Shown: positions 13,901-28,900 of the stretch, piece by piece | How the letters are laid out: the number at the start of each line of letters is the position of its first letter | How positions within the stretch are numbered: the first letter of the stretch is position 1 | Assembly (NCBI GenBank): GCA_002633005.1 | Contig: NMRA01000098.1 | Coordinates: 16,388-80,387, forward strand | DNA length: 64,000 nt | Direction of reading: 5' to 3' | Source: Phoronis australis | Taxonomy: Eukaryota; Animalia; Phoronida | The notes under the pieces: model-generated | Told to the model about the DNA's origin: nothing | Databases searched by the model: none | Seen by the model: the letters and a program-made list of their open reading frames with translations, nothing else | Made by a program: the position numbers and the translations under genes

Positions 13901-16900
13901 ACTCTCATGGGAATGTACTGTGACATTGTCGAGCGCTGTTTCTAAATCATCGATAGCCATTTCAGCCAATGCTGACAAATCTTTAGTGTCCTGTTTCCCC
14001 ACTTCTGTGCGTTCCTCGTCTGCAGAAGAAGTTCCTTGCTTTTCTAGTCGTAACCTATCTTCCCCTAGCAATCCAGTGTTTGCTGAGAAAGTTCGCACGT
14101 TTACAGTGCAATCGTCAGTCTGTAGAGAGACTAGTTCTCCTTGGTGTTTGCATTCAACCCTGGATAAACTCGCTTTTTCAGTACTCACGCGTGCGCTTTC
14201 TTCACTTATTGGATTACTTATATTGGTGTCGTCAATCGACGCTTCACCATTGCAGGTGGATGGAGAGTTTAGTGCAGCAACAGTTTCATCGAAAAGTTCT
14301 GACGATGCACTCAGTTCACGTGGATCACTTCCTTTGCAATCTTTGTCATTGGTGACTATGACACCACTATGTACCGATAGATATCGAGAAGGCGCGCTCG
14401 TTTCAAGTCGACTACCTTCATTGCTTTGGAGTAAATCTGTAATTTTTCTATGATTACAAAATTCATTGTTCATGGAATCACTGCATTCAGTAGAATACAA
14501 GAGAGAAGGAACCATCTGTTGAGTGATTTTTGATGGTGTACCCTGTACGTTTCCCGAAGACGTCGGAGCATGCGTCGCCACATAAAAATGACAGGTTCCT
14601 GTTTCTCCACTGTGTTCATTTTTAGATGTACAATCCATTTTTTGAGGTACAGTTGCTGCTTCCTGTACGTCTATAATTAGGGTGTCGACCGTGTGAGGTG
14701 GAGATTGTCTTAGATTATCGTAATATGTTTCATCATTTGACATTTTTTTAGAACCTCTTTCCTGCTTCGAGCAAGGTAGGCCTGCGTCACTTTTTGCAGT
14801 CAGCAAGTTGCACGAAACTTCATTTTGCTTCTTCCTTCCAGAGCCTTCCAAATTTAATACAGCCTTTTGAAAAGAGCCGTGCACCGCTTGAGGAATACCA
14901 CAGTAACTAACGCCGAGTTTGTTTTGTTCTGAATTTGTTGACTGATCTCGATGTACAAGCTCGTTGTTTGAAAGAGGTACATGTAGACTAGCGGATAACG
15001 TGTCCTCCTCAACCTTTGTAACACTATCAATCATCCTTGAATTTACTGCTCTATTTTTCGATTCTTTTCTTTCGTTTTCAGGATCGAGAGTGTCGTTCCT
15101 GCCTTTTGTGTAGGCAGTCAAAAATATGTCTTTCACGGCACCACTTTCTTTTTGCGATGTGCCTCCATTATCGCCATTGGTTTTTGCTTCAGTTTCATGC
15201 AATTCATGATCACGGGAACGAGGTTTCATCATAAACAGATTCGTTTGTTCTACATCGTGATCATTGATCGCGATCTCCTGTTTCGAAGGGAATATTCCTC
15301 TTGAAAAAGGCGATGCAGCGATGGACACACCGGCTTTGTTTATGTCAAATAACTCTTCCATCATATTCAGCTCTTGTTTTGAAGAGGGTAATGCCTCTCT
15401 TCTGGGTGACAAGACGGTATGAAAATCTGCAATGCACCTGTTTTCGACTCCACCATTGCACTCCATGCCATTAGGGTTGTCGACAGCCAAGGCACTGCAC
15501 AATTTCTCCTCTTCCGTGTGAGTGTCGCTCGTATGGGTATCCAAAAGAATTGTAAACGTTCGCTTCCTGTGGCGTGTGCAAAAACCCACGACAAGGCAAC
15601 ATGCTAAGATCATTGTGACGAAAACTATGAGGCAGGAAACAATTATCCAAATAATGTCCAATTTGTTCGTTGAAATGGTTCCTGATTTCCCTGAAAACGT
15701 TAACATCTGATTTTCAAACTGTTTACTCTATATAAAAGACAGCGACACAAACACAGTCAGAACAGTTGAAATTTTAAAATATACATGTAGAAGTACTGTA
15801 ACGATATATAATCTGTATTGACCAATGATAGTTTGTTTTTCGACTGACTAATTTTGCCGGTCTTTCTTTTGGAAATGTCAAAATGTGATTTCATTCATTC
15901 ATTTTTATTACTATTCACGTTGAGCAAACTCATCATATTGTCCGTGAATGATTCCAAAAAAGACCCTTACCAACGCAATGAATATCTGACGCGCAAGTCT
16001 CAATTTGTATGACGTCTTCCTTGATGGTGCAGTTGATGTCACAAGAGTAAACTCGCTGTCTGCGGCCGACTTTGTCCCCGCACGTGACGGTACACTTACT
16101 CCAAGGGCCCCATTTGTGGAATACTATTGTATAAAACAGTTGCTCTCCATTAAACACGTGAAACCTACTGCCACGCACAACATTGTCTGTGCTGGTGTTT
16201 ATTTCTGTAGTGTAGCGAGGATCGTGCTTAGCACACGTGACTAACCTTTATGGTGGTTCGTCACTTGTGATACGGTGGCGATGCTTTACATCTACCTTTA
16301 CGTTGAAAAATAACTTCCACTTGGTCAGGAATTACAACTTTTACAAAATCAACTGAACAGACCGCCAATGCATCCATTGGGATGAAAAGCTGGCACGTAA
16401 TCTGTTGCCATTTGCATTGCATCTCTCGAGCTCAGGTCACAAGACCGCACCCATTGCGCTGATCAAGAGCACACAGTTACGATTTCTGGACACCACTCAG
16501 CTTGGTGTTCCTGTTTCTCCTGGGAAGATGCACCTGAAAGATCTAAAGTTTCTTCTAGTCCACTGCGTAGAAGTAACAAGAAATAGCTTCTACCATAGAC
16601 GTAGAATACTGTTTATGTGTATGCACACCCACCGGTACACCTCACATTTAACAAAATCTCGTACATACTCACACTCACATGTTACAAGTATACGTACACT
16701 ATACTCTAATGAAGGTACACTTTGTCATGCTGTCAGGAAATAAGAATCTGTTACTACAGTGAAACTATGCAGTTTTGCACAGTCTGCACAAAAATGCCAG
16801 ACTTTTGGGTAGAACTTTTTTGCATAGGAGTTTTCGTGTATATGGACAAATCCGATTAAGAAACAGTAAGCATGATGAAAGACTTAAAAATTTTCACACT

Positions 16901-19900
16901 GCACTAATTATAGTTGAAACCAAAATCGCAAATTTTAAATTAGTATAAGATAGCTTAGCAGCGCTGAAACGTCCTGCTGAAGCCATCGATCAATTTCACA
17001 TGGTCTGCAGTGTTTTTATGTGTAATTAGCAACGCTTACTCTCCATATTAAAAACCTAATCAAAGGTTCTCACACATGAACCAAAACCATGTTTCTTAAA
17101 GATGGCGTTGCATGGGGCTTTCAGACAGATAGACGAATTCGTTCACGACAAGCCCATAGCGTGTGCCGTTCGCGTAAAATCTCACCCGAACAGGGAGCCT
17201 TGGTGCATGATTTCTCATCCGTTCCTAGCTGGGTAGCGAAAGACTCGTTAGCAACACCTGGAGGCAAACACTGGCGACTTCTACGCTGAGTACCATTGCC
17301 GCAAGTGACTGAACATCCACCCCAATCGCCCCAAATAGACCAGAGACTACCAACTGATTTGAAAAGAAGAAACAGTTCTCAGATGGATTCAATATATAAA
17401 GTTTGTGAAGATGACGTACCACTGTCTTGAAACAATATCGTGTTCAAACTGGAAATCAAAGATGTCCCACTTTCATTCAACCTCTCTCCATATCTCTTCA
17501 CTTCTCTCTCGAGATATAGCTTTTGCCTTCTTCCCCTCCCTCCCCTAAACTGTTTCCCCGCCTTCTACAATACTTAGTCTGTTCCCCCATTGTCGCGACT
17601 TTCGTTCTCTCCTCTTCTGTGTTCACCTTTGTTTCACTCCCATTTATTCTCTTGAACTTAGGTTGATGTTACCTAGAATTCCCGTCGAGTGACTTCCCGT
17701 TCCATGTTACTTCATTTATAATCCGCCATGAAACTCGGGGAATAAATAACCACATGGCCCTACGTTCACCATTTCATGCACGGGCCGCAAAAATGAATAG
17801 GGAAAAGCGGAATGGAATAAAAATTGCCATTCTTTGTAACATCAGCCTTATGAACAAAACCAGAGTCTTTGGACCGAGGCCCCTAAACTTTGCTCAAGAC
17901 TCTTCTACAAACTACATAAACGTAAACCCACCAGTTGTAACAGTAATGGTTTGTTTGACGCTCTCTTTATATCCAGAAGGATATTCACTTGTGCACATTA
18001 CATTGATGAGGTATTCAGTTCCTGGAGCAAGGCGGCTGATCGTAAACGTTCTGTTGTCGTCTTTCTTTAATTTGGCAGACAACCACGAAGATGTGACTTC
18101 GTTCGTTGAATACTCAATGACGTAGTGCGTAAAATAGCCAACCTTAGGTGGCGTCCATTCTACGGTCAACCCGTCGTTGAACACAGTAGCGATAGAGACG
18201 TGGGAGGGTGGATAAGGGTCTGTTACGAAGAAAAGGGCGACTAAACAAGGTCCTACCAATTGTAAAAGAAGTAAAGCGAAATAGAAAGTTTCCGCCAAGG
18301 TACTCAAGAATCACTTTCATTCACTGATTGTGGTTTCTGTTGTGAAGCCAGCTTCTGTATCGGCTTCACAGCTTGGACATCATCTGAAATGTTTTAGTTT
18401 TGAAAGATTTAGATGTTTTTGCTTCAATTTTCTTTAATTCGATCTGTATGCTCACACCCGATCTGTATGTTCACACCCGATCTGTATGTTCACACCCGAT
18501 CTGTATGTTCACACCCGATCTGTATGTTCACACCCGATCTGTATGCTCACACCCGATCTGTATGTTCACACTCGATCTGTATGCTCACACCATGAAACAG
18601 TCTCAACAAAGTCCCGTAAACCTTTTGCGTATTTGTTTCGTTCTTTACTCACAGATGTTTTTCTATCATTTTTTCTTGATTACCAATGACATTTAACGAT
18701 ACTAAAGCCCTTTAGTGAATCATAATAATTAGGGACTTAGTCCTTAAATTAGGGGCGTTGCATGAAAATATCCCTACTTATTTTCATTAACATTAAGAAT
18801 TCAACGTAGAGTTGACTCTCCCTTAGGGTCAAAGCCAAAAATTGACTTAGTAATGAGATTTAAACAGCATAAGAAAGGACAATCAGTGTTTTTACAACCC
18901 CACAAATACGCAGTAGATTGAGGGAACTTAGTTAAGTCCCTACTTAGGATTGTTTCGCGCAACCGAGCACAAAGATCATACAGCAGCTATATTCAGATTC
19001 GGAGTTCTAGCAATAAGAGATATTTAAGATGCTATCTCAATAAATCGCAAATTGTAGCAAGTGCCACCTTGTGACTTCCTGAAGAACTTGTGTAAAAGTA
19101 TAATCAGGAAAAGAGACAGTTTATAAATAAGAAAACATAACAACTGATGCATTTAAAGCAAATGTGAGCATATAAAAAACCTTTAAATTAGTAATTCCAA
19201 ATATTACGCAATTGTTATTTGATAGTGAAATGAAAAAATAATAAAAACTGTGCCATATTTTATTAGGGTAACGGTGACATATTATCATACTCATTTCCAT
19301 AAAAATAGTCTCGCAAGACAACACTTACGAGAGGTTGTAATGGTAATTGGTTCTCGGATGGTTTCCGGCTCATCGGAAAACCCGGGGTTGTTTGTAACCT
19401 AGTCCTTCATGCGCATATTCACAACTTAATGAGACATGGCATCAAGGATACAACAGGCGAAATCTTTCGTAGAGCCTGGACAACGGGATGGAAAATATAC
19501 GTTAAAAATGTACAAAATTTGCAATTGAATGGCATACTTGTCGTTCAGCACAAAAGGTGACGAACAGGAACGCACTTGTTATTGCGGTGATCAGTTTTGT
19601 ACTGATGTTGTATAAATCTCGATACGACGTAGTTACTGATATCCCGTACAATAGCCCAGCGGACAAGTTAGCGCACGTGCCAGTTGTCTGCAAACCTGAT
19701 ACAAGAACGCGAGCACCCGACGCCATGTTGAATATTTCTACATTTACCACAGCACACAATAGAATGTAGTGGTCTTTATTTCCCTCTGCATGCTTCCACG
19801 TGGCTTTGATTGTTGACACTGTACTTTCGATAACAGTCACTTCTTTGGCTCTTGCTATAGCTATCACGAGCAAAAATATAATGAATGGGCAACTCACAAT

Positions 19901-22900
19901 TCACTAGGTAATCGCTTAACGGCTGCTTTGTGCAAAGGGAGTTTCTTGCGAGTGTGCCCAGATCAAATGAGCTCGTTACCTCACTTGCGCGCATTAGTAA
20001 ACTTCCTTCCACTTAGACGTGATTGGTTGATTTGGCTCGAATGTTGATTTGTGGGAGAATGTATCAGTTGGCTAAACCAAATATTCTCGATACATTATAC
20101 ATGTAAGCCAAGATTTCTCAACGAAAATGTTTTGCAAGTCTTGCGTCACGGAAGGCGCCCGGTCATGTATACATGCAATTAACGAATATGTAGTTAGTCT
20201 CATAAAACCATTGTCAATCTATTCAAATGTGTTTATTCATTTGCACCATAGTGAGTATCTGTGTTCACGCAAGCTTCACCAAAAAAGTCATCTTCTCCAT
20301 TTCTTATCTAGACTGCAAGACCTCTTTTCTCAAAGCTATTGGCCCATTCTGTAAAGCCAAAGACACATGGATGCGTAAAACCATGCAATCTGACAATGCG
20401 TTTGGTTCCAAAAACCGAACGTTATGGTGGATAGAAAGTAAAAATAGAATGGTATAGTTCATGACGCATGCATGTGTCATGGGTAATGGTTCCGTTAACG
20501 CAACAGAAGTAAGTCTATGTAGAACTTCATTGTTCGTAACACACGCATACGCTTTGTCTGACAGCATGGTTGTATGTGTACAAATGTTTGTTTCTAACTT
20601 TAGGAAGTGCAAACAATATTAAATAGAACACTAACACATGCCGGAAACAGATTGATAATCTTACCCGTCCTGCCGTGTTTCACAGCAGGCTCGCTTAGCG
20701 AGGCAAATTCTCCACCGTGACAGCAACTCTTACTGTACACCATTACACCGAATTCGCTGCCAGGGTCTAGTCTTGCGACAATAACTCTCTCCGCTAGAGG
20801 ATGTTTCTCCACAAGAACAGCGGGAAAGTGATTTGAAGGCGAGAAGTATTTGACTACATAAGACGTGAGACTGCCAACTGAGGGTGGTTGCCATCTTACT
20901 TCAAACCAATGAATAGACGTATCAAGTCGAAGATCTCTCGGAGACTCAGGAACTAAAGTGGGACAGAATTTGCCTATAAATACTGAGAAGATCGAAAATC
21001 GGTCGCTAACGAGCCAAGAAACTGACACAGTTGACTATCCTTTATGTTTGGATTGAGAAACACTTTCAGTTCAGGGGTCTTTTTCGTGAAAAGTGACTTT
21101 AGTCAGAAATTTGGTCTAACAGCTTATTATTTAAAATGACTTATTCTTATTAAAATGACATAGGCAAAAAAATTGAATTTCAGACCTCAAAAGCGAGGCC
21201 CCCTATATTAATATAGGGGGCCCGGCCGAAAGGAGGCCGGAGAGCTGCTATATTCCTGTTTTCGGAAGGAGTCAAGGTATTTTGCGCCACCTAATAACCA
21301 TTTTCACTGTTTTTTGGCATCCGCCTCTCTATCAACCAAACCGCTCTTTAAGATGATTGTAAAAATTGGCATGCATGTATTTTCTTACTATGAAGAGAAA
21401 GCCTGNCGGCGGGGCCACCTATATTAATATAGAAGGCCCCGCTCTCCGGCCTCCCTTCAGCGAGGCCTCCTATATTAATATAGGAGGCCTCGCTTTTGAG
21501 GTCCAAAATTCAATTTTTTGCCTATGTCATTTTAATAAGAATAAGTCATTTTAAATAATAAGTTGTTGTCTTTTCTCGCTTTACAATTACTGAATAAATG
21601 TTTAGCCGTGTAGTTACTTATGCATCATGGCCTAGAATCAAAACAGCTTATACAAATTATTTCAGCAACAAGCAGTTATGAGTACATTCTCAGTCTTTTC
21701 TACTTTTGGTGGAGTGAGGTTAAAGTATTTTTCTTAAATAGTTGTGTGCACCGTGCGACAGAATTTGTGACGTCAGACACAAATCACTTTTCATGAAACA
21801 GGATCTCAGAAGAAAGAGGACGGTTCACATGTCTTCCCTCCATTTTAAGATCCGTAACTCGGTCGTATATGGTGATTCTCCTGAAAAAGGCCTCAAACTT
21901 AAGCTAATGCTTTCTCTTTTTTTCACTTGAGCTCGGTACTCGAAACTTTGTATAAAACTGCATAATTTTTTTGCAAACAAACACTTTTGCAGGTGTTGCT
22001 ACATGGTTCTTAACCCCGTTGATCAGCGTTTTTGGCAGGGTCAAATTTGCGGTTGACGGATATATTCCAAAAAACGCATGTTTTTCAATTTGAAATAGCG
22101 CCTCGAGTTGTGTTTAGATGCCAATAGGAACATGTTTAGCATTTATTGTAAATGTGCTTGTGTTCATAGTCGTAAAACGTAGTCTCAATTAGATTATCTT
22201 ATCAGCTCAACTAGGTCGTTATTGGATGCAACGAGCGTCGGGAAAACCGCTGGGACGCCGGCGATAATGCTAACATTAAAAAACCGCTCAACACATAAAA
22301 CTGACTGTCTCTAAATTTGAAGTTCCTGCTTCATTCCTAACAAAAATGTTTAACAAAAGTTTGGAACCTGTTTCTGAAAAATCAGCGCGTAGAATCTGCA
22401 TTTTAGAAATTGGTTGCAATTTCACACAAGTGGCTTTCGAGGTGATGTTTAAAATTTGCAATCCCTTTGTAGTCAAAGGTAAAGAGGTTGATTGGGTAAG
22501 GAGAAAAAATGAGACGCGGACTGGTCCTTTTTATGGAACGTGTGGCTCCAACAAAAGAGCAAATGAGAATGTTTTGTCAAACCCGGGATTTGCCCGAGAG
22601 TAAATCGCAATATTTCGTCAATATCAAACTCCTCAGTCATCAGCCCACCTCATACACTAGTGTGCAAACGGTCCACCACTAAGCCACGTTGCCCTTCTTT
22701 AATAGGCGTAAGATGAGAAAATTGGTGCTCACAACCAATCAACTTGACTGATGCCTTATTGCAGTACAGTCACGAAATCAGTGTTTTCTCAAAGTTAGTA
22801 TCACCTGTTACTGACACGGTACAAGTTGCTGCAGAATCTCTTACTGTCACATAGCTCTCGAAGCAAACTCTGACTATGAACTAAGGCACTGGTCAAAAAG

Positions 22901-25900
22901 GTATGTCAAAATTAAAATTCTTCTGCAAAGTGGGTAAATAAAACCTGTTGTGGCTTCCAAAGGTGGCGTGACATCAGCATCATATCCTTGTTGCACTGTT
23001 TCTACTGTAACATTGTACAACGTCCCGGGCGTGCACAGAGAGCAGGTTCCGTTTCTCGCCGAGCTTGGAAGATGCCGTTTTTCGGTATGACCACGAGCAA
23101 CACATCTAAGATTGTAACCTTCTCTATTGCCTGCAGCATGTGACCACGAGACAAACACTTTTGTCTTCGTTGTAGTGACAACTTGAAGATTGATAACCTT
23201 AGCGAGACCTGTGTGGACATTTGCTGCGTCAATAAGGAGTGAGGCAAAGAGCACAAAAGTTCACGCATCTTACAACGCAAATAGTTTTGCCCGAAGACTT
23301 TTGTAGAAACTTTTTAGAGACCTTCTGGCACAGAGGATCTGCGGATGCCATTTTGTAAAACATGTGTACTGTAAGACAGGAAGATCTGATGCAGAGTGCA
23401 CGTGTTGTACTGCTTCACAAACCATCTGCAAGAGATGTTACACTAGCTGCTTGTAATACATTCGCAAACCGGAGTTTCTGATATACTTTTATGCAACATA
23501 AACACTGCACGCTTGCTTATGACAGTAGGCTAGGAATTGCAATTGTTTCGAAAGCTATACTAAGATTGTTTGCCTTACGTGTCTTCGATAACAAAGGCTG
23601 AGAAGAGACGTTTGTAAATCCGCCAAGCATTGATGTTACGTGCACTTCATATTCGGCTCCAGGTGTCACTCCTAAACAACTCCCGCTTCTTTCGTCGTTG
23701 GACACCACCGTTTCTGAGATCTTGTTGCCGATGGAGGTGCACGTGACCGCGTAGTTACCAACATTTCCGTCCGCGTGGTCCCAACGAACCCGTATTTCCG
23801 TTGCGGAAGAATAAATTATTTCACAGTTTTGAACGGCTGCAAGCCCTGTAAATCCATTTGTTTCACGAATACTTGTCAATGTAATTTGAGAGTGGTATCG
23901 TATAAAAAGATGATTTACACTTGCCAATCAAACGTGCAAAGTCTGAGAAGAAAGGCAATGTGCAATCGTGTTTATGATACGATCTCTGTGGACTGTTTTT
24001 TTTTTCTACTGCCAAGAAGCGATAATGGAACAGTCCAGTTTTGGTGCATTGTCAACTTAAGTCACACCAATATCAAGCTAAGTCACGCCAACATCAAGGA
24101 GCATAAACGAAAATTGTACGGCGTGTGTACGTCAGTCTTTATGTTACGTTGTTTTGTATACTGCCGGATAATTTCCTATGAAACTCCATCACTGGAAGGC
24201 GCCCACGTGCGCATTAGAGATGATAAAGAAGGAAAAAGAGAACATGGAAGTTTTATCAGGAATGAAAAGCGACTGGTGATGTTTAGAACGCATTACCCAA
24301 AACAACATTTATCATTGCTTTCTTTAATTTTGTGGTCCTTGAAAGGACCGTTCTGTTCGTAGGTTGGCTATTTCACGTTGACAAGGGACGCTTTTAAGCA
24401 AATTAAAATTTGTTTAATGGCACCCAAACAACCGTCAAAATTAAATCGTGCTGGTTTTACTAGCCCGTGCGAAGTGTTTTTGCATTTTCCAATCACCACG
24501 CAAGACACAGCTCTGCTTCATTCTAAACTAGCGAAAAGATTCTGCTGTGCTCAGGTGGCATGTGACTTACTGTTATCTTTGTACCCCTGTGGTGTTTTAC
24601 ACCATCTGCGAAATGGTCAAAATATCATTTGGTTCAGTTTGACAACCCAAGGTTGCCATTTCTCTTTGAAATGGTGGTAAGCTCGAACTGCCGAATCGTA
24701 TTCAAAATCAAATATTTTAACGAAAATCCTTCTGCACAACGAACTCTAAGTATTGACATAAACTGAACAGATTTTTCCTTCTTACAACACGGTAATCAAC
24801 CGCCATGTACTGATCGCGAGCCGTTCCTTTCGACGATATCAAGCTGCGTCAACAGAACAACAAAACCAAGTTTTGAAAAAGGCGCAGATTTCCAAAAAGC
24901 TTCCTGGGCCCTTTTTGAAACAAAAATGGACTTGAAGAAATTATTTCCGTAAAAGCGCCCAGACAATAGACATCTGGGTTGACTTTGTTATGGTGAAGAC
25001 AATTCGACTAATCATATGTGAGACATGAAGTCTACCTGTCCTATTTTCCATAGGACCAGTCGTGGCATTCTCAAATCCACTCAGCATTGTAGTCACGAAC
25101 ACGGCGTAAACTGCCCCAGGCGTGAGATGACGGCAGGTGCTGCTATTGACTGTTGCGGCTGCAACTGCTTCACGTGGAGGATCACCTAGAGTCTGACAAG
25201 TCACACAATAACTTCCAACGTTGCCGTCGGCGTGACGCCAGGTGACGTCCATGTCCGTGGTGCCAGCTCGCGTTATTTGCAATCTGGTTACTACGGCAAG
25301 GCCTGAAAATTTTGAAGTTTATGAAGTCGGCTTCCCGGTTGAATTGACTCAGAAATCTGCATCTACGCATATCTNNNNNNNNNNNNNNNNNNNNNNNNNN
25401 NNNNNNNNNNNNNNNNNNNNNNNNNNNNNNNNNNNNNNNNNNNNNNNNNNNNNNNNNNNNNNNNNNNNNNNNNNNNNNNNNNNNNNNNNNNNNNNNNNNN
25501 NNNNNNNNNNNNNNNNNNNNNNNNNNNNNNNNNNNNNNNNNNNNNNNNNNNNNNNNNNNNNNNNNNNNNNNNNNNNNNNNNNNNNNNNNNNNNNNNNNGG
25601 GTAAATAAAACCTGTTGTGGCTTCCAAAGGTGGCGTGACATCAGCATCATATCCTTGTTGCACTGTTTCTACTGTAACATTGTACAACGTCCCGGGCGTG
25701 CACAGAGAGCAGGTTCCGTTTCTCGCCGAGCTTGGAAGATGCCGTTTTTCGGTATGACCACGAGCAACACATCTAAGATTGTAACCTTCTCTATTGCCTG
25801 CAGCATGTGACCACGAGACAAACACTTTTGTCTTCGTTGTAGTGACAACTTGAAGATTGATAACCTTAGCGAGACCTGTGTGGACATTTGCTGCGTCAAT

Positions 25901-28900
25901 AAGGAGTGAGGCAAAGAGCACAAAAGTTCACGCATCTTACAACGCAAATAGTTTTGCCCGAAGACTTTTGTAGAAACTTTTTAGAGACCTTCTGGCACAG
26001 AGGATCTGCGGATGCCATTTTGTAAAACATGTGTACTGTAAGACAGGAAGATCTGATGCAGAGTGCACGTGCTGTACTGCTTCACAAATCATCTGCAAGA
26101 GATGTTACACTAGCTGCTTGTAATACATTCGCAAACCGGAGTTTCTGATATACTTTTATGCAACATAAACACTGCACGCTTGCTTATGACAGTAGGCTAG
26201 GAATTGCAATTGTTTCGAAAGCTACACTAAGATTGTTTGCCTTACGTGTCTTCGATAACAAAGGCTGAGAAGAGACGTTTGTAAATCCGCCAAGCATTGA
26301 TGTTACGTGCACTTCATATTCGGCTCCAGGTGTCACTCCTAAACAACTCCCGCTTCTTTCGTCGCTGGACACGACCGTTTCTGAGATCTTGTTGCCGATG
26401 GAGGTGCACGTGACCGCGTAGTTACCAACATTTCCGTCCGCGTGGTCCCAACGAACCCGTATTTCCGTTGCGGAAGAAGAAATTATTTCACAGTTTTGAA
26501 CGGCTGCAAGCCCTGTAAATTCATTTGTTTCAAGAATACTTGTCAATGTAATTTGAGAGTGGTATCGTATAAAAAGATGATTTACACTTGCCAATCAAAC
26601 GTGTAAAGTCTGAGAAGAAAGGCATTGTGCAAGCGTGTTAATGATACTATCTCTGCGGACTGTTTTTTTTTCTACTGCAAAGAAGCGATAATGGAACAGT
26701 CCAGTTTTGGTGCATTGTCAACTTAAGTCACACCAATATCAAGCTAAGTCACGCCAACATCAAGGAGCATAAACGAAAAGTGTACGGCCTGTTTACGTCA
26801 GTCTTTACGTTACGTTGTTTTGTATACTGCCGGATGATTTCCGATGAAACTCCATCACTGGAAGGCGCCCACGTGGGCATTAGAGAAGATAAAGAAGGAA
26901 AAAGAGAACATGGGAGTTTTATCAGGAATGAAAAGCGACTGGTGATGTTTAGAACGCATTAACCAAAACAACATTTATCGTTGCTTTCTTTAATTTTGTG
27001 GTCCTTGAAAGGACCGTTCTGTTCGTAGGCTGGCTATTTCAGGTTGACAAGGGACGCACCCAAACAACCGTCAAAATTAAATCGTGCTGGTTTTACTAGC
27101 CCGTGCACAGTGTTTTTGTATTTTCCAATGACCACGCAAGACACAGCTCTGCTTCATTCTAAACTAGCGAAAAGATTCTGCTGTGCTCAGGTGGCATGAG
27201 ACTTACTGTTATCTTTGTACCCCTGTGATGTTTTACAGCATCTGCGAAATGGTCAAAATATTAATTGGTTCAGTTTGACAACCCAAGGTTGCCATTTCTC
27301 TTTGAAATGGTGGTAAGTTCGAACTGCCGAATCGTATTCAAAATCAAATATTTTAACGAAAATCCTTCTGCACAACGAACGCTAAGTATTGACATAAACT
27401 GAACAGATTTTTCCTTCTTACAACACGGTAATCAACCGCCATGTACTGATCGCGAGCCGTTCCTTTCGACGATATCAAACTGCGTCAACAGAACAACAAA
27501 ACCAAGTTTCGAAAAAGGCGCACATTTCCAAAAAGCTTCCTGGGCCCTTTTTGAAAAAAAATGGACTTGAAGAAATTATTTCCGAAAAAGTGCTCAGACA
27601 ATAGACATCTGGGTTGACTTTGTTATGGTAAAGACAATTCGACTAATCATATGTGAGACATGAAGTCTACCTGTCCTATTTTCCATAGGACCAGTCGTGG
27701 CATTCTCAAATCCACTCAGCATTGTAGTCACGAACACGGCGTAAACTTTCCCAGGCGTGAGATAACGGCAGGTGCTGCTATTGACGGTTGCGGCTGCAAC
27801 TGCTTCACGTGGAGGATCACCTAGAGTCTGACAAGTCACACAATAACTTCCAACGTTGCCGTCGGCGTGACGCCAGGTGACGTCCATGTCCGTGGTGCCA
27901 GCTCGCGTTATTTGCAATCTGGTTACTACGGCAAGGCCTGAAAATTTTGAAGTTTATGAAGTCGGCTTCCCGGTTGAATTGACTCAGAAATCTGCATCTA
28001 CGCATATCTAACGAGGTCTTGACGACACAGCTTTCCGTCAACCATGATGAGAACGTAGCTTCTAAACTTCGATAACATTCGCTTTTTAATTGACATACTG
28101 GTCTCTCAAAGATCAGTTCTATTTAGTTTGTAGGGCATGTCCTAGGCTCCACAAAAAGTTGATTGATGCTTAGGAACCGAAAAAGTCGTCTGGTTTGACG
28201 GTAAAATCTTGCATTAGTGACATGGTCTTATAGAGAAACGGACTGATTCTTGTAAAATTTAAAAATGAAAAGTCTTGCATATAAGGCAAGTCTTTGTTTT
28301 TCGTGTTTCTGCTACTCAGACATCACGACCACTGTGAGACAGAATAATCGATAAAATTTTGCTTGGTTAAGACCATTATCCATGAAAAATCTGAATAAAT
28401 CATTAGTCCAAACAGCAGGTGTTGAAAAAAATTAAAAGAGAAAGCACGGTTTTTAATCGAAATTACGTGTTCTCGGAGAAAATTTAAAAATGCAACGCTC
28501 TTGGATAATGAGCGTTTCGTGGCAAATTTTCGAAGAGCAACACGCTGTCAAACGTAAGAACATATTCGAATTTGAGGTCACGTCCTTGTTACGGGATTTC
28601 ATTGTACAGGAAACTGATGTGTAGCTTGAGAGACAATGAATATTTCCCCCATACATCCACTCTTATTTCTACCAATGCCTACCTGTTTGGCACCAAGCTT
28701 TTTGCCCGGCACTTTGGGCTTCTCCGTGTTCGTGCGAACTCACGGAGTACACCACTACGGTACAGTTCTCTCCCGGAGTAAGACCGTCAAACATTACAAA
28801 TTTTTCCTCTCCTCTCAATGTATTCCGGACTCTCCTTTCCGGTAGTTTGGCACGTATGTGGTGAATGGAGTAGCTAGTCAATTCACCAGCCGCAGGATAC

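Larger units (their letters stand above)
22932..28009. repeat. 2.4 kb near-identical direct duplication (22932-25374 vs 25599-28009) separated only by an N gap
   Basis: Both copies end exactly at the gap edges; they differ by scattered SNPs and a ~30 bp indel. Confidence 0.9.

Noticed and set aside
13887-14453. 188 aa + strand ORF
   Set aside because: Antisense shadow of the large cytoplasmic-tail exon
16300-16533. Possible extra - strand exon after a ctttcag acceptor
   Set aside because: Stops in all three frames within ~25 codons; the flanking TSP1 exons already join in phase
18441-18591. Regular 19 bp repeats resembling a CRISPR array
   Set aside because: No unique spacers, eukaryotic intron context and no cas genes; it is a minisatellite
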